This document shows positions 1-9,221 of a stretch of 64,000 bases of DNA, piece after piece. The notes below the pieces were generated by a model, which saw nothing but the letters and a program-made list of their open reading frames with translations, was not told where the DNA came from and made no database searches. The DNA comes from a virus (Duplodnaviria; Caudoviricetes), in IMG/VR virus record IMGVR_UViG_3300023213_000432, positions 32,001-96,000 of that record. The stretch is one strand, 5' to 3'. Position numbers and translations under genes: made by a program. Each line of letters begins with the position of its first letter. Within the stretch, counting starts at the first letter, position 1.

Positions 1-133
1 CGCTCAACGTTAATAAGCGCCAAGCAAAATCGTCCAAGTAACTTTGTCAGTTTGTGGAAACTGATTGAAACGGGTGTGTAAATACCGCAGGGGCAATGTC
101 CAAAAAACTTGCCCCTAATTTTTAAAGGAAGTC

Positions 134-376
134 ATGCGTTGGCTCAACTCTATTGAACAACACGTTTTAGAATATGTTGCCACCGTTCCCTTTGAAGAAA
201 GAAAGTTAGCGGATCCTTTCAAAAAAGGAACGCCTGAAGATTTGGCTTTTGATGTGCTAGCGCATAGAGGATTGGTAGTTCCTGCACATTGCGATCAATC
301 AGGGATAACTTATATTCTTTCTGGTGTCGCAATTCTAATTCGTTCCGCTCTCAAAGTTAAAAATTGCTCTATATAG
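134..376 (+). CDS. hypothetical protein
   Basis: 80-aa ORF with AAGGAAG SD-like site. Confidence 0.55.
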   Translation: MRWLNSIEQHVLEYVATVPFEERKLADPFKKGTPEDLAFDVLAHRGLVVPAHCDQSGITYILSGVAILIRSALKVKNCSI

Positions 377-382
377 AATTCT

Positions 383-1648
383 ATGCCTTGGCTAAATTAC
401 AATCCTAAACGACCTCCGAATCCGGGACAACTAGTTCGTCAGGTTGATAAATATGGTATTCCGGGTCCCGCAATATCTCTTAGTGGCGGTTCTTGGATGG
501 TAACTGGGGAGTCTCATCCCGAAGGAATGGATCAATTTCAAGTTCTTTGGGGATTGGAAAAACCACCTCCTGTTGGAACTAAAGTCAAGATCCATATTAT
601 TGATCCTTCTGCATCTAGCCTTAGCCATTTGAACGGTGTAGTTGGAGAAGTCACTTATAGTAGCGGAAATGAAGCTCATATTAAGTGGGAAGAAAATTCC
701 GTACCAAAAATTACGAGGGATTGGAGGTTTCCCAATCCTAATTTGGAGTTGGTGCCTCCACTTACAGAAGCCAAACCTAAGATTGGGCAAATTTGGTATA
801 ATGATGCTCTTGAATGGAAAATCAAAATTGTAGCTTCTAAACATCCCAATCTACTTGGATGCGAAACGCTTGAAAGTGGGCGATCTGGATTTGTTAAGGG
901 ACAAATTTATGATGAGTTCTGTCATAATTTTCCTATATCAACCGGTCATCGCTTAGGGATGGGGTCTGCATGGAGACTTGTTTGGGATGTCTCTGCTGCT
1001 TCTGAACCTTCAAACAGTATCTCTGAAGCTCCTCAAGGTGTAGGAATGGAACCTTCTGCTATTAAACCAGTTAAAGTTGGGCAGATCTATCGAACCAAAA
1101 CAGGTTGGACAGTCAAGATTCATTCCGTTTTTGTTGATTATGCAGACGCGGAAGTAATTCATCCTTCGAATTCTGGTTTTAAAAGTGGAACCATTATCAA
1201 GAGGGTTGGAATTTTAAATAAAGATGGAACTCCTGATGGTTGGAAAGAATGGTCATTGGTTGAAGAGAACACTATGAGCAAATTCAAAACAGGAACTCGG
1301 GTTTGGCATGCTAAATATGGAGAAGGAACCATCGCTAGTGATGAGGCAAATGGTTATTTCGATGTGTGGTTTAACGAGGGCATCTTAAATATAAATTCTG
1401 ATAAATTGCTAGTTATTCCTAAGCGCAGAGAACGCGTTACTTTCACGATTGACGACGCAGAGATTACTGGAACTTTCATTGGTGGCGAAGCAGGCGGATA
1501 TCCTATAGTCTGGGTGGATGAACCATTCAAAACTGGTGGGCACCATTCTTGGTTTCCAGATGAATATCTTTCTAATAATAGAGCTAAAATTGTTAAGCAA
1601 TTTTTGGAAAAGGAAGGATTTTCTACCGAACTTAGGCGATGCTTTTAG
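383..1648 (+). CDS. family A modular protein, repeat-array part (SH3/KOW-like modules)
   Basis: Repeated KIGQIW/KVGQIY/KFKTGTRVW modules. Collinear with 2556-4598 at protein and DNA level. Ends at TAG in frame with 1706. Confidence 0.75.
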   Translation: MPWLNYNPKRPPNPGQLVRQVDKYGIPGPAISLSGGSWMVTGESHPEGMDQFQVLWGLEKPPPVGTKVKIHIIDPSASSLSHLNGVVGEVTYSSGNEAHIKWEENSVPKITRDWRFPNPNLELVPPLTEAKPKIGQIWYNDALEWKIKIVASKHPNLLGCETLESGRSGFVKGQIYDEFCHNFPISTGHRLGMGSAWRLVWDVSAASEPSNSISEAPQGVGMEPSAIKPVKVGQIYRTKTGWTVKIHSVFVDYADAEVIHPSNSGFKSGTIIKRVGILNKDGTPDGWKEWSLVEENTMSKFKTGTRVWHAKYGEGTIASDEANGYFDVWFNEGILNINSDKLLVIPKRRERVTFTIDDAEITGTFIGGEAGGYPIVWVDEPFKTGGHHSWFPDEYLSNNRAKIVKQFLEKEGFSTELRRCF

Positions 1649-1705
1649 CTTGACGAGTACAGTATAACAAACTATCTAATAATTGAATCAGAAAGAGAGG
1701 AAACG

Positions 1706-2284
1706 ATGAAAGAAGAAACGGCAACTCAGGAAACAAAAGAAGATCAGAAGTCATTCGGAAAAATGTTCAAAGCTGACTTTACTAAAGCAGCCTGGAGAAC
1801 AGGGGCCACTCAATTAACGAATGCAGCCCAAGCTGGCATTTTAGCTATGCTAAAAGATCGTGGCGCTGATGAAAACAAATTGGCATTGGCTCGGGAACTA
1901 TTGGACACTCCGATGGGAGCAGTCCTGATTCGAGCGGTGTTGGGCTATAGTTTGACTTATATGCCCATGGTCAAAGATGATCCTCGGGGTCAGCGATTGG
2001 CGGAAGAGCTACGTGTTTCCGCGATGGATCGTGGGAGCGAAGAAGTTCTGGGAGCCGTTTTCGAATATCTCATGCCCGCTGTGCAAACTGCGGTTGCAGC
2101 TCTTCCTCCTATCGAGACAGCTATTCCCGAGGTATTAAAACCGAAGCGAAAGCGCGTTTCCGCACCCAAAGCTCGTGTATCCCCTCCCGTGGAAGTTAAA
2201 GAAGAAATCGCCACAGAGACGACAGAAGAAACGGTTACTGGAGAAAAAAAGGCAGCAGAGCTTCCGACACCTGGCGTTGTTTAG
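1706..2284 (+). CDS. family A conserved C-terminal helical domain (stand-alone or read-through part of 383-2284)
   Basis: AWRTGATQLTNA...LLDTPMG...LGYSLTYMP...QRLAEELRV matches C-termini of 2556, 38267, 47577 and 52133; SD GAGGA before ATG. Confidence 0.75.
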   Translation: MKEETATQETKEDQKSFGKMFKADFTKAAWRTGATQLTNAAQAGILAMLKDRGADENKLALARELLDTPMGAVLIRAVLGYSLTYMPMVKDDPRGQRLAEELRVSAMDRGSEEVLGAVFEYLMPAVQTAVAALPPIETAIPEVLKPKRKRVSAPKARVSPPVEVKEEIATETTEETVTGEKKAAELPTPGVV

Positions 2285-2336
2285 TTAATGGAATAATTTC
2301 TGGACTTGTCTCTCTTAAATGTTTAAATCCTACGAG

Positions 2337-2413
2337 TGTTGCCATTAAAAAATAACCTCCTGCTTTTGGTAGGATGAGCGACAAGTCAAGGACTTTAGTC
2401 ATTGGTAATTGAC
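2337..2413 (+). mobile_element. orphan IS200/IS605 right end (TnpB reRNA 3' part)
   Basis: 74/77 nt identical to reverse complement of 62032-62108; hairpin then GTAATTGAC terminus. Confidence 0.8.
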
Positions 2414-2470
2414 AAAAATTACTATTACAGATGATGACTTTATTGGTGGAAGTTAGTGGAGGACGTGAAA

Positions 2471-4598
2471 GTGAATGCCGAAGTTGGCCAGGTTTGGTAT
2501 AATGAAAGTAGAGATTGGAAGGTTAGGATCACTGCTATCAAAAATAACATAGTTAGTGCCAATCCAAATTGGAACCAGCAATACATATTCTGATGGGCAT
2601 GAATATTCTTGTTTAACTAGCTTACCTTTTTATTCGAAATGGAAGATGATTAGGGAAGCTCCTAAAATGAAGGTGGGGCAAATATGGAAAAGCGACGGCT
2701 CGGCTAACTCTGAAGGTTGGACTGTTAAGGTTACTGATATTCATTTTAAAGGAGAGATAGCTATTGTTAACACCGAGACAATTGAGCCCGGTTTTAGTAG
2801 AGGCTACAAAGGAGAACAAAACTTCAATTTTGATTCCCTTAAAGAAAATGGGGAATGGAGTTTTTTAGGATGGAAGTTGGTCGAAGAGTCTAAAATGGAA
2901 GACACCAAGTATGATCGCCATCTCAAGATTGGCCAAATTTGGCAATGCGCTGATGGTTGGAAGGTTAAAATTACTGGTTACGCTGACAGTGTGTTTCAGG
3001 CTGAAACTTTAGAATCTGGCAGGTACAGCCACGCAAAAATAATTGATAATTTTCAAAGCCGTAGCTTTGAGATGACTAAAGAATGGACATTGGTTAAAGA
3101 TGTCGGAACCAAAGAGCGACCTCCTATCGGTACTATTATTGAAATAAATAATGGATCAGATAAAGGTGTTCGTGGTATTGTGATCGAACATAACAAAAGT
3201 GAATCAAAGCATGCTAAAATCAGATGGCTTTTTGCAGAAAGAAATCGAGATGCTGTTCAAGACTGGTCATTTCCTAATGAAAATGTAGATATTGTTTGTA
3301 TTCCTAAAGTCCGTGTTGGGCAATTTATTCAATATAAAAAGGGCGATATTGTCAAAATTACTGGGTTTGAGTTAAATGAGTATGAGTGGTTTATTCAAGG
3401 CGAAGTAATTAAAGGAGCTGTTTGGAATCAAGGATATTTTTCAGATCACTTTACTAAGCTAGATTCAGATGGTAACTTTTGGTATAAAGAAGATTGGAAA
3501 ATAGTAGAAGATCCATCTAAACAATCCATGCCGCCCACAACTAAATTCAAAACAGGAACTCGGGTATGGAACGATGCTTTAGGAGAAGGAATAGTTACTA
3601 ATATGGATACAGCCGAACACGCTTGTGTTCGTGTTAGATTTGATAGTTATACATACGCTGATGACAAGGATTATCATTATGTCCCACAACCTGAGTTAAT
3701 TGTTATTCCAAAGCGTGGGGATCGAATCGTTTTTACCATTGATGGAAGTGAAATCAGTGGAACATTTCTTGGTGGTGAAAAAGGCGGATATCCAATTGTT
3801 TATGTGGATAAAGAATTCGATATCAGTGCTTGTTGTTCTTGGTCGCCTAACCAATATCCGACTCTTCCAAAATTAACAATTGTTAAGAATTTCTTGGAAG
3901 AAGAAGGATATGATGTTCGAGAGAAAAGATATTTTCAATTGAATTTTCCTGAGGTGGAAGGGTTTCGAGTAATCGAGCCAGAAAATAAAGAGACGAGCCA
4001 AGTTGATAAAGAATTTTGGGATAACATCGCATTCTTTTATCGATTAAAAAACACAGAAGTAATTTCTCATCGAGGATCATTTGGACAAACCTTCAAAGGT
4101 GATTTGAAGAATGCACTATGGCGAACAGGTGCAACCCAATTGACCAATGCTGTCCAATCTAGTGTTCTTGCCATACTTCATGATCGTGGCATGAAAGAGG
4201 ACAGATTAACAGTAGTTCGGGAAATGATTGATACTCCAGTGGGAGCAGTTTTCATTCGGGCTTTGCTTGGTTATGCCATCACTTATATGCCGGTAGTGAA
4301 AGAAGATTTGTGGGCCCAGCGATTGGCGGAAGAGTTGAGAGTGTCCGCAATGGATCGTGGTGCTGAAGAAGTTATAGGAACTGTTTTCCAATATCTCATG
4401 CCCGCAGTGCAAGTAACGATTGCCGAACTGCCACCTATTGAAACGGTGGTTCCTAAGGTGGTTAAGCCAAAGAAAAAGCGGGTTGCATCTCCAAGAACCC
4501 GTGTGGATTCTTCTACGAAAGCTAAAGAAGAGGTAGTAGAAACATCAGAAAAGATAGTTGAAGAAGAAAAATTGAAATTGATGGAAGTTCCGACATAA
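2471..4598 (+). CDS. family A modular protein (repeat array + conserved C-terminal domain), apparent +1 frameshift near 2555-2565
   Basis: ORF 2556-4598 (680 aa). An upstream module MNAEVGQVWYNESRDWKVRIT starts at GTG 2471 after GGAGGA, in another frame. Confidence 0.7.
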
Positions 4599-4634
4599 AT
4601 TAGAAGAGTTGAAAAGAATCATTTGGGAGCACAT

Positions 4635-4805
4635 ATGAGTCAGCGAAGTCGGTTAGAAGATCGTTACACCGTTGTTTGTCTGGGATGCAACACAGAATGG
4701 TGCGATCCAGAAAAGAAGCCGCACCAAAAATATCCTAAAGTGTGTCCAGGATGTGGAAGAACAAGTCGAGAGAACAGAAATCTGGCTAGAAAGAAAAGCC
4801 TATGA
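4635..4805 (+). CDS. small Zn-ribbon protein
   Basis: CLGC...CPGC; GGAG SD. Confidence 0.55.
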   Translation: MSQRSRLEDRYTVVCLGCNTEWCDPEKKPHQKYPKVCPGCGRTSRENRNLARKKSL

Positions 4806-5038
4806 ATAAAGACTACAAATTAAAAGCATTAAGAATCAGTTCTATTAAAGCAATCATCAAAGAGATCGACGACTATAAAAAATACACACAAGAGAGCGAT
4901 TATACAGATACTGGCGATGTTTGGGAGTTGCTTGATAATATTCAAGAAGACCTTACTACATATATAAGTACATCCGCTCATCGGCGAAAGAGACGGCAAA
5001 AGAAACCCCAACGCCCCACAAGCTTGGACAAATTTTAG
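4802..5038 (+). CDS. hypothetical protein
   Basis: ORF with ATGA overlap. Confidence 0.55.
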   Translation: MNKDYKLKALRISSIKAIIKEIDDYKKYTQESDYTDTGDVWELLDNIQEDLTTYISTSAHRRKRRQKKPQRPTSLDKF

Positions 5039-5049
5039 GAGCAGAATTT

Positions 5050-5364
5050 ATGGCTACGCGTAAGTGGAGCGAGTTGAAGGACAGGATGGCGCCTGAGCGC
5101 AGGGCTCGGGTTGATGCAGCCGTGCGTCAAGAGCTGCACGCAATGAAGATCAAAGTTTCGGAAAAATTAAAACAGAAAAGTAAAGACATGATTCTGAAAC
5201 CTTGGATGTATTGGCTGCTTGCGGGCATGTATGCTGTTTTTATGGGGGCAAGTATCTATAAACAGTTTTGGCTTCCTACCATTATAGGTATCATTGGGAT
5301 TATAGTAATGGCGATTTGTGCCATAGATGCCAAAAGATATTGGAAAGAAAACAACCATGATTAA
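5050..5364 (+). CDS. membrane protein with HigA/XRE-antitoxin-like N-terminal segment
   Basis: MATRKWSELKDRMAPERRARVDAAVRQEL (GC-rich DNA) fused to two hydrophobic helices. Confidence 0.5.
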   Translation: MATRKWSELKDRMAPERRARVDAAVRQELHAMKIKVSEKLKQKSKDMILKPWMYWLLAGMYAVFMGASIYKQFWLPTIIGIIGIIVMAICAIDAKRYWKENNHD

Positions 5365-5620
5365 AGTTCTTGAAGTGGATCAATGGACTTCCACCGGCAA
5401 TGTTGCTAATTTCTCCATGGAAGAATGGGAAAAGGATACCCAAGGAACGTTAGCTAAAGTGGCAGGAGGAGATTCCGAAGCCATTAAGGTAATTTTTGGT
5501 GGTCGAGCACGAGTATTGACGGTTCATGATTTTTCTCAACCATATATTGGGGACGTTTGGTTCAAAGAAGAAAACGGCAAATTAGTTCTCTATAAGTGTA
5601 ATTACGATAGTAGCGATTAA
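5357..5620 (+). CDS. hypothetical protein
   Basis: ORF; start moved to the ATG after GGAAAG. Confidence 0.55.
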   Translation: MIKVLEVDQWTSTGNVANFSMEEWEKDTQGTLAKVAGGDSEAIKVIFGGRARVLTVHDFSQPYIGDVWFKEENGKLVLYKCNYDSSD

Positions 5621-6085
5621 ATTTCAGGACGAGTAGGAACAACATGGTTGGTCAGCAATATACGGATAGCATGGATCGGGACAGAATTCTAATCCCTGAA
5701 AAGGATTTAGGATTATATTTCTTGTGTCGGGTTTATTTTCGAAATACTGGGTATTGTGGGAAAATTAAGATTAAAAAGTCTTTGTTTGATAACGATAGGT
5801 ATGGATTTTTTCAGGGGTAGGATTTTGTGTTTCAAGTAATTGAGTTGCGATTTAATAATGGTATGATGAAAGAAACAGTGATTAAACGTGGCTTTCCCAA
5901 TAGATCAGGTGCGGAAAGCTACGCCCGCACAAGAAATCGAGGATATGATCTGCCAAAATCTACTAGTGATATTGTTTCTTTTGTAGTTAAGGTTCAGCCA
6001 TGATTTCTTGGATATTAAAGATTGCAATAATTGTAGTAATGGTTTTGGTTGCGTTCGTTTATAGATGATGTGATTTAGGGGCAAC

Positions 6086-6103
6086 TTCCCATCGCCTAAC
6101 GGC
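6086..6103 (+). promoter_or_regulatory. conserved intergenic 18-mer TTCCCATCGCCTAACGGC, copy 1
   Basis: Exact copies at 18837 and 38200. The repeat is certain; the regulatory role is inferred. Confidence 0.6.
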
Positions 6104-6124
6104 GCTGATTGAAAACGAAAGGTC

Positions 6125-6742
6125 ATGCGCATGGATGATAAAAATATGTCGATTAAACAATTTTTGCATCGCTCAGGACAAGTCAAAAGTGCAATGGCTT
6201 TTCTAGCTCAGTATCGTGAGTATCTAACCACTGGAGAGTTAGCTCCTATTGTCAGTCCTATTCTAGCTAAGATCGATGTGCATGAAATACAACCGGCGCC
6301 AGGAATAGAACTTATTAGAAATGCTGTTTTGGCGCACCATCTTGCCATTACTATTCGGCAAGAAGAAACTAAACAATCCCGACGAGAGACGTCAAACCTT
6401 TTTAACAAGCCCAATAAGAAAAATTACATAGCTACTGTTTTTAATGCTAAGGGTGAAGTATTAAAGAGCAAAGAATTACCGTTGGATACGGATGGGATTA
6501 GGTGGTGTGATAGAAGATTAATTGAAGCAGAGCCCGGTTCTTATGGAGAAGTGGCTCATGCGGTAATGACTGACAAAGAAGGTAATCCGTTGGTCATTTA
6601 TGTGTCTAGGTTGGAGAGTATGGGAAGATTGCTTCGAAAGAAGAAAGGACCAACGGTTCAAAAGAAATCACTTGGTTTGACAAAACCATTTGTGTGGTTT
6701 GCTCGGGCAAAACAAAGTAAAAGTAATTTTTCAGCAGGTTGA
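6125..6742 (+). CDS. hypothetical protein
   Basis: 205-aa ORF downstream of the 18-mer. Confidence 0.65.
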   Translation: MRMDDKNMSIKQFLHRSGQVKSAMAFLAQYREYLTTGELAPIVSPILAKIDVHEIQPAPGIELIRNAVLAHHLAITIRQEETKQSRRETSNLFNKPNKKNYIATVFNAKGEVLKSKELPLDTDGIRWCDRRLIEAEPGSYGEVAHAVMTDKEGNPLVIYVSRLESMGRLLRKKKGPTVQKKSLGLTKPFVWFARAKQSKSNFSAG

Positions 6743-7029
6743 ACATGGGAAATCCGAATAGTGGAAAAGTAAAATGGGTAATCCTTGTGGGTCTACCTGA
6801 TATGTTAGATCCCTACTGGAAAAGTATAGAGCCAAGCACTGGTGATATGACTCCATGTTGGTTTGGACAGACTGTTTGTAACGGCTCCATTAGTGATTTA
6901 CCAAAAATTTACGACACCAAATATGATGCCGAAAAAATAATGACTAAGTTGAAAGATAAGAAGAGTTCCCATACTTCAATATATACTCTATCAATCCAAA
7001 AATATAATCCACGCAAGTCTCATCCATGA
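6739..7029 (+). CDS. family C small protein (W...QKYNPR)
   Basis: Shares N-terminal W-x-hydrophobic-G and C-terminal KYNP motif with 59270-60318. Confidence 0.6.
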   Translation: MNMGNPNSGKVKWVILVGLPDMLDPYWKSIEPSTGDMTPCWFGQTVCNGSISDLPKIYDTKYDAEKIMTKLKDKKSSHTSIYTLSIQKYNPRKSHP

Positions 7030-7051
7030 TTTGATGCATTGAAAGGATTTT

Positions 7052-7181
7052 GTTCCGGGTCGCAGTATTCGGTTATCAATAAGCCAGAGATCGTGGGTGC
7101 GAATCCCACTACCCGTAAAACGGGTATCGTCTAGAAGCCTAGGACACTGACAAATCTCCGACCACGATTTTTATCCGGGAC
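7052..7181 (+). ncRNA. yrlA: YrlA-type Y RNA (circularly permuted tRNA mimic)
   Basis: Terminal stem GTTCCGGGT/ATCCGGGAC with GGGTCGCAG Ro-site variant; T-arm GTGGG-TGCGAAT-CCCAC (7093-7109); closed acceptor hairpin TACCCG-TAAAA-CGGGTA; D-arm GTCTAGAAGCCTAGGAC; lies upstream of the Ro60 gene. Confidence 0.85.
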
Positions 7182-7208
7182 ACAATTTTGTGTTAGCACT
7201 AAAACTAA

Positions 7209-7276
7209 CTTTGGGTCGAAGTTAATTCGGTTATCACTTTTGCGATTACCTCCGAATTACGCTTACTTATCCAAAG
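7209..7276 (+). ncRNA. minimal Y RNA-like hairpin (Y2)
   Basis: CTTTGGGTCGAAG...TAATTCGG TTATCA...CCGAATTA...ACTTATCCAAAG; matches bacterial Ro-binding motif GNCGAAN0-1G; T-run follows. Confidence 0.7.
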
Positions 7277-7299
7277 CTTTTTTAAAAAAGGAAAGACAT

Positions 7300-9024
7300 A
7301 TGTCATATTCATCTCATATCAGTAAAAATCCCTCCCAAACTGAAATGGCGCGCCCAGATCAAGTCCAGAACTCGGCAGGCGGATATGTTTTTCAGGTTGA
7401 TAAATGGCAACGTTTAGATCGTTTTCTCATTCTTGGGAACGAAGGCGGCACCTATTACGCTACGGAAAAACAACTTACCTTTGAGAATGTCAAGTGCATT
7501 TCAGAATGTCTCAAAGAGGATGCTTCTCGCACCATTCATCGGATCGTGGAGATTTCGTATGCGGGGCGAGCACCTAAAAATGATCCTGCCATTTTCGCTT
7601 TGGCATTGGCAGCCTCCCATCAGGATCTCAAAGTCCGACAAGAAGCGTTATCTTATCTTCCCCAAGTATGTCGAATTGGAACTCATTTGTTCCATTTTGC
7701 TAGGGACATCGATAAACTTCGAAAGTGGTCGCGAGGTTTGAGAACCGCAGTTTCCAAATGGTATCTTCGCCGTTCCCCGGAGAGCCTTGCTCTTCAAGCT
7801 ATTAAATATCAACAGCGAGATGGATGGAGCCATCGAGATTTGCTTCGTTTGGCTCGTCCTAATCCCAAGGATTGCAAGAAGCCGGTGGATACAGCTACGC
7901 ATGCCAAGTTTGTTCAGCAGTTTGGCTCTGCCTTCCGTTGGATTGTGGATAGGGATCATCTTGGAGAACGTAAAGTCGGAGGAGAATTGAAAACCAAATC
8001 TTTTCCGATTCGGGAGTATCAAGGATACCAGAAAACAGATCTTCCGGCTTTGATTCAAGCCTTTGATCAACTTCATGCTTCTAAAGATTTAAAAGAAGTT
8101 ATCACTCTCATTCGGGAATTTAAAATGCCCCACGAAGCTGTTCCTAATGAATGGAAGGATAAACCGGAAGTTTGGGAAGCTTTACTAGAAGGAATGGGAA
8201 TTACCGCCATCATTCGTAATTTGGGAAAAATGACCAATGTTGGATTGTTAAAACCCTTGGGAAGTAATACCACTCAGGTGGTGGAAAAATTGACTAATGA
8301 AAAAGTCCTGAAAGAAGGACGCGTTCATCCCATTGCTATTCTTTTCGCTCAAAAGGTGTATGCTCAGGGACATGGAGACAAAGGAAAGCTGTCTTGGACG
8401 ACTGTTAAGCCGATCGTAGATGCTTTGGATGATGCCTTTTATTTTGCTTTCAAGACGATTCGTCCTACTGGTAAAAATCATTTGTTAGCGTTGGATGTTA
8501 GTGGATCCATGGGATGTAGCTATATTGCAGGTACTAGTTTGTCAGCTATGGAAGCTTCGGCAGCTATGGCTATGATCACTATGCGAGCTGAGCCCAATTA
8601 TCATTTGGTTGGATTTTCTAGTGCTAGTGGTGGATATGGTGGTAAGTGGGGTGGCGGACAGTCCAAGATGATAGAGATTGACATTACTAAGAAGACTCGT
8701 CTTAACACAGTGATTGAAACTGTTTCTAAAATTCCGATGGGCGGAACAGATTGCGCTTTGCCTATGCTGTATGCTATGGATAATAAGTTGGACGTAGATA
8801 CTTTTGCTATATATACTGATAGCGAGACCTGGCATGGAGACATTCATCCTTACCAAGCTTTGAAGCAGTATCGAGAAAAATCAGGACGAAATGCTAAACT
8901 GGTTGTGGTAGGAATGACGGCAACGGAATTTTCCATTGCTGCGCCTGATGATAATGGAATGCTTGATGTCGTGGGCTTTGATACTGCGGCGCCTGACATC
9001 ATGGCAAATTTTTCTATGGGATGA
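7300..9024 (+). CDS. rsr: Ro60/Rsr RNA-binding protein (TROVE + vWA)
   Basis: GGYVF..RFLILGNEGGTYYA, GRAPKNDPAIFALA, KYQQRDGWSHRDLLRL, MIDAS LDVSGSM..GGTDC..YTDSETW; start ATG 7300 after AAGGAAAG. Confidence 0.97.
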   Translation: MSYSSHISKNPSQTEMARPDQVQNSAGGYVFQVDKWQRLDRFLILGNEGGTYYATEKQLTFENVKCISECLKEDASRTIHRIVEISYAGRAPKNDPAIFALALAASHQDLKVRQEALSYLPQVCRIGTHLFHFARDIDKLRKWSRGLRTAVSKWYLRRSPESLALQAIKYQQRDGWSHRDLLRLARPNPKDCKKPVDTATHAKFVQQFGSAFRWIVDRDHLGERKVGGELKTKSFPIREYQGYQKTDLPALIQAFDQLHASKDLKEVITLIREFKMPHEAVPNEWKDKPEVWEALLEGMGITAIIRNLGKMTNVGLLKPLGSNTTQVVEKLTNEKVLKEGRVHPIAILFAQKVYAQGHGDKGKLSWTTVKPIVDALDDAFYFAFKTIRPTGKNHLLALDVSGSMGCSYIAGTSLSAMEASAAMAMITMRAEPNYHLVGFSSASGGYGGKWGGGQSKMIEIDITKKTRLNTVIETVSKIPMGGTDCALPMLYAMDNKLDVDTFAIYTDSETWHGDIHPYQALKQYREKSGRNAKLVVVGMTATEFSIAAPDDNGMLDVVGFDTAAPDIMANFSMG

Positions 9025-9046
9025 AAGGATTTAGTTCTCATTTTTC

Positions 9047-9110
9047 GCTTTGGGTCGAAGCAATTTGGTTATCAATGGACAACACCGAATTGCAACCACT
9101 TATCCAAAGC
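9047..9110 (+). ncRNA. minimal Y RNA-like hairpin (Y3)
   Basis: GCTTTGGGTCGAAGCAATTTGGTTATCA...CCGAATTGC..ACTTATCCAAAGC. Confidence 0.7.
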
Positions 9111-9124
9111 ATCTATTTTTTTTG

Positions 9125-9194
9125 GTTTCGGGTCGAATTTACTCGGTTATCAATGTTATTGAATCAATCCCGAGTAGAAACACTTATCTGAAAC
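9125..9194 (+). ncRNA. minimal Y RNA-like hairpin (Y4)
   Basis: GTTTCGGGTCGAATTTACTCGGTTATCA...CCGAGTA..ACTTATCTGAAAC; compensatory changes relative to Y2/Y3. Confidence 0.7.
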
Positions 9195-9221
9195 AATTTT
9201 ATATCATGGAAAGTATCACTC

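Noticed and set aside
2409-2445. Hybrid sigma70 promoter from the IS end TTGAC+A
   Set aside because: No credible -10 box at 16-18 nt spacing
7088-7150. tRNA gene
   Set aside because: T arm precedes D arm, the acceptor stem is closed by a loop, and there is no anticodon loop or CCA; this fits YrlA, not a tRNA
7052-9194. CRISPR array from the repeated GGGTCGAA..GGTTATCA motif
   Set aside because: Copies are degenerate, self-pairing end to end and split by a 1.7-kb gene; there are no regular spacers or cas genes
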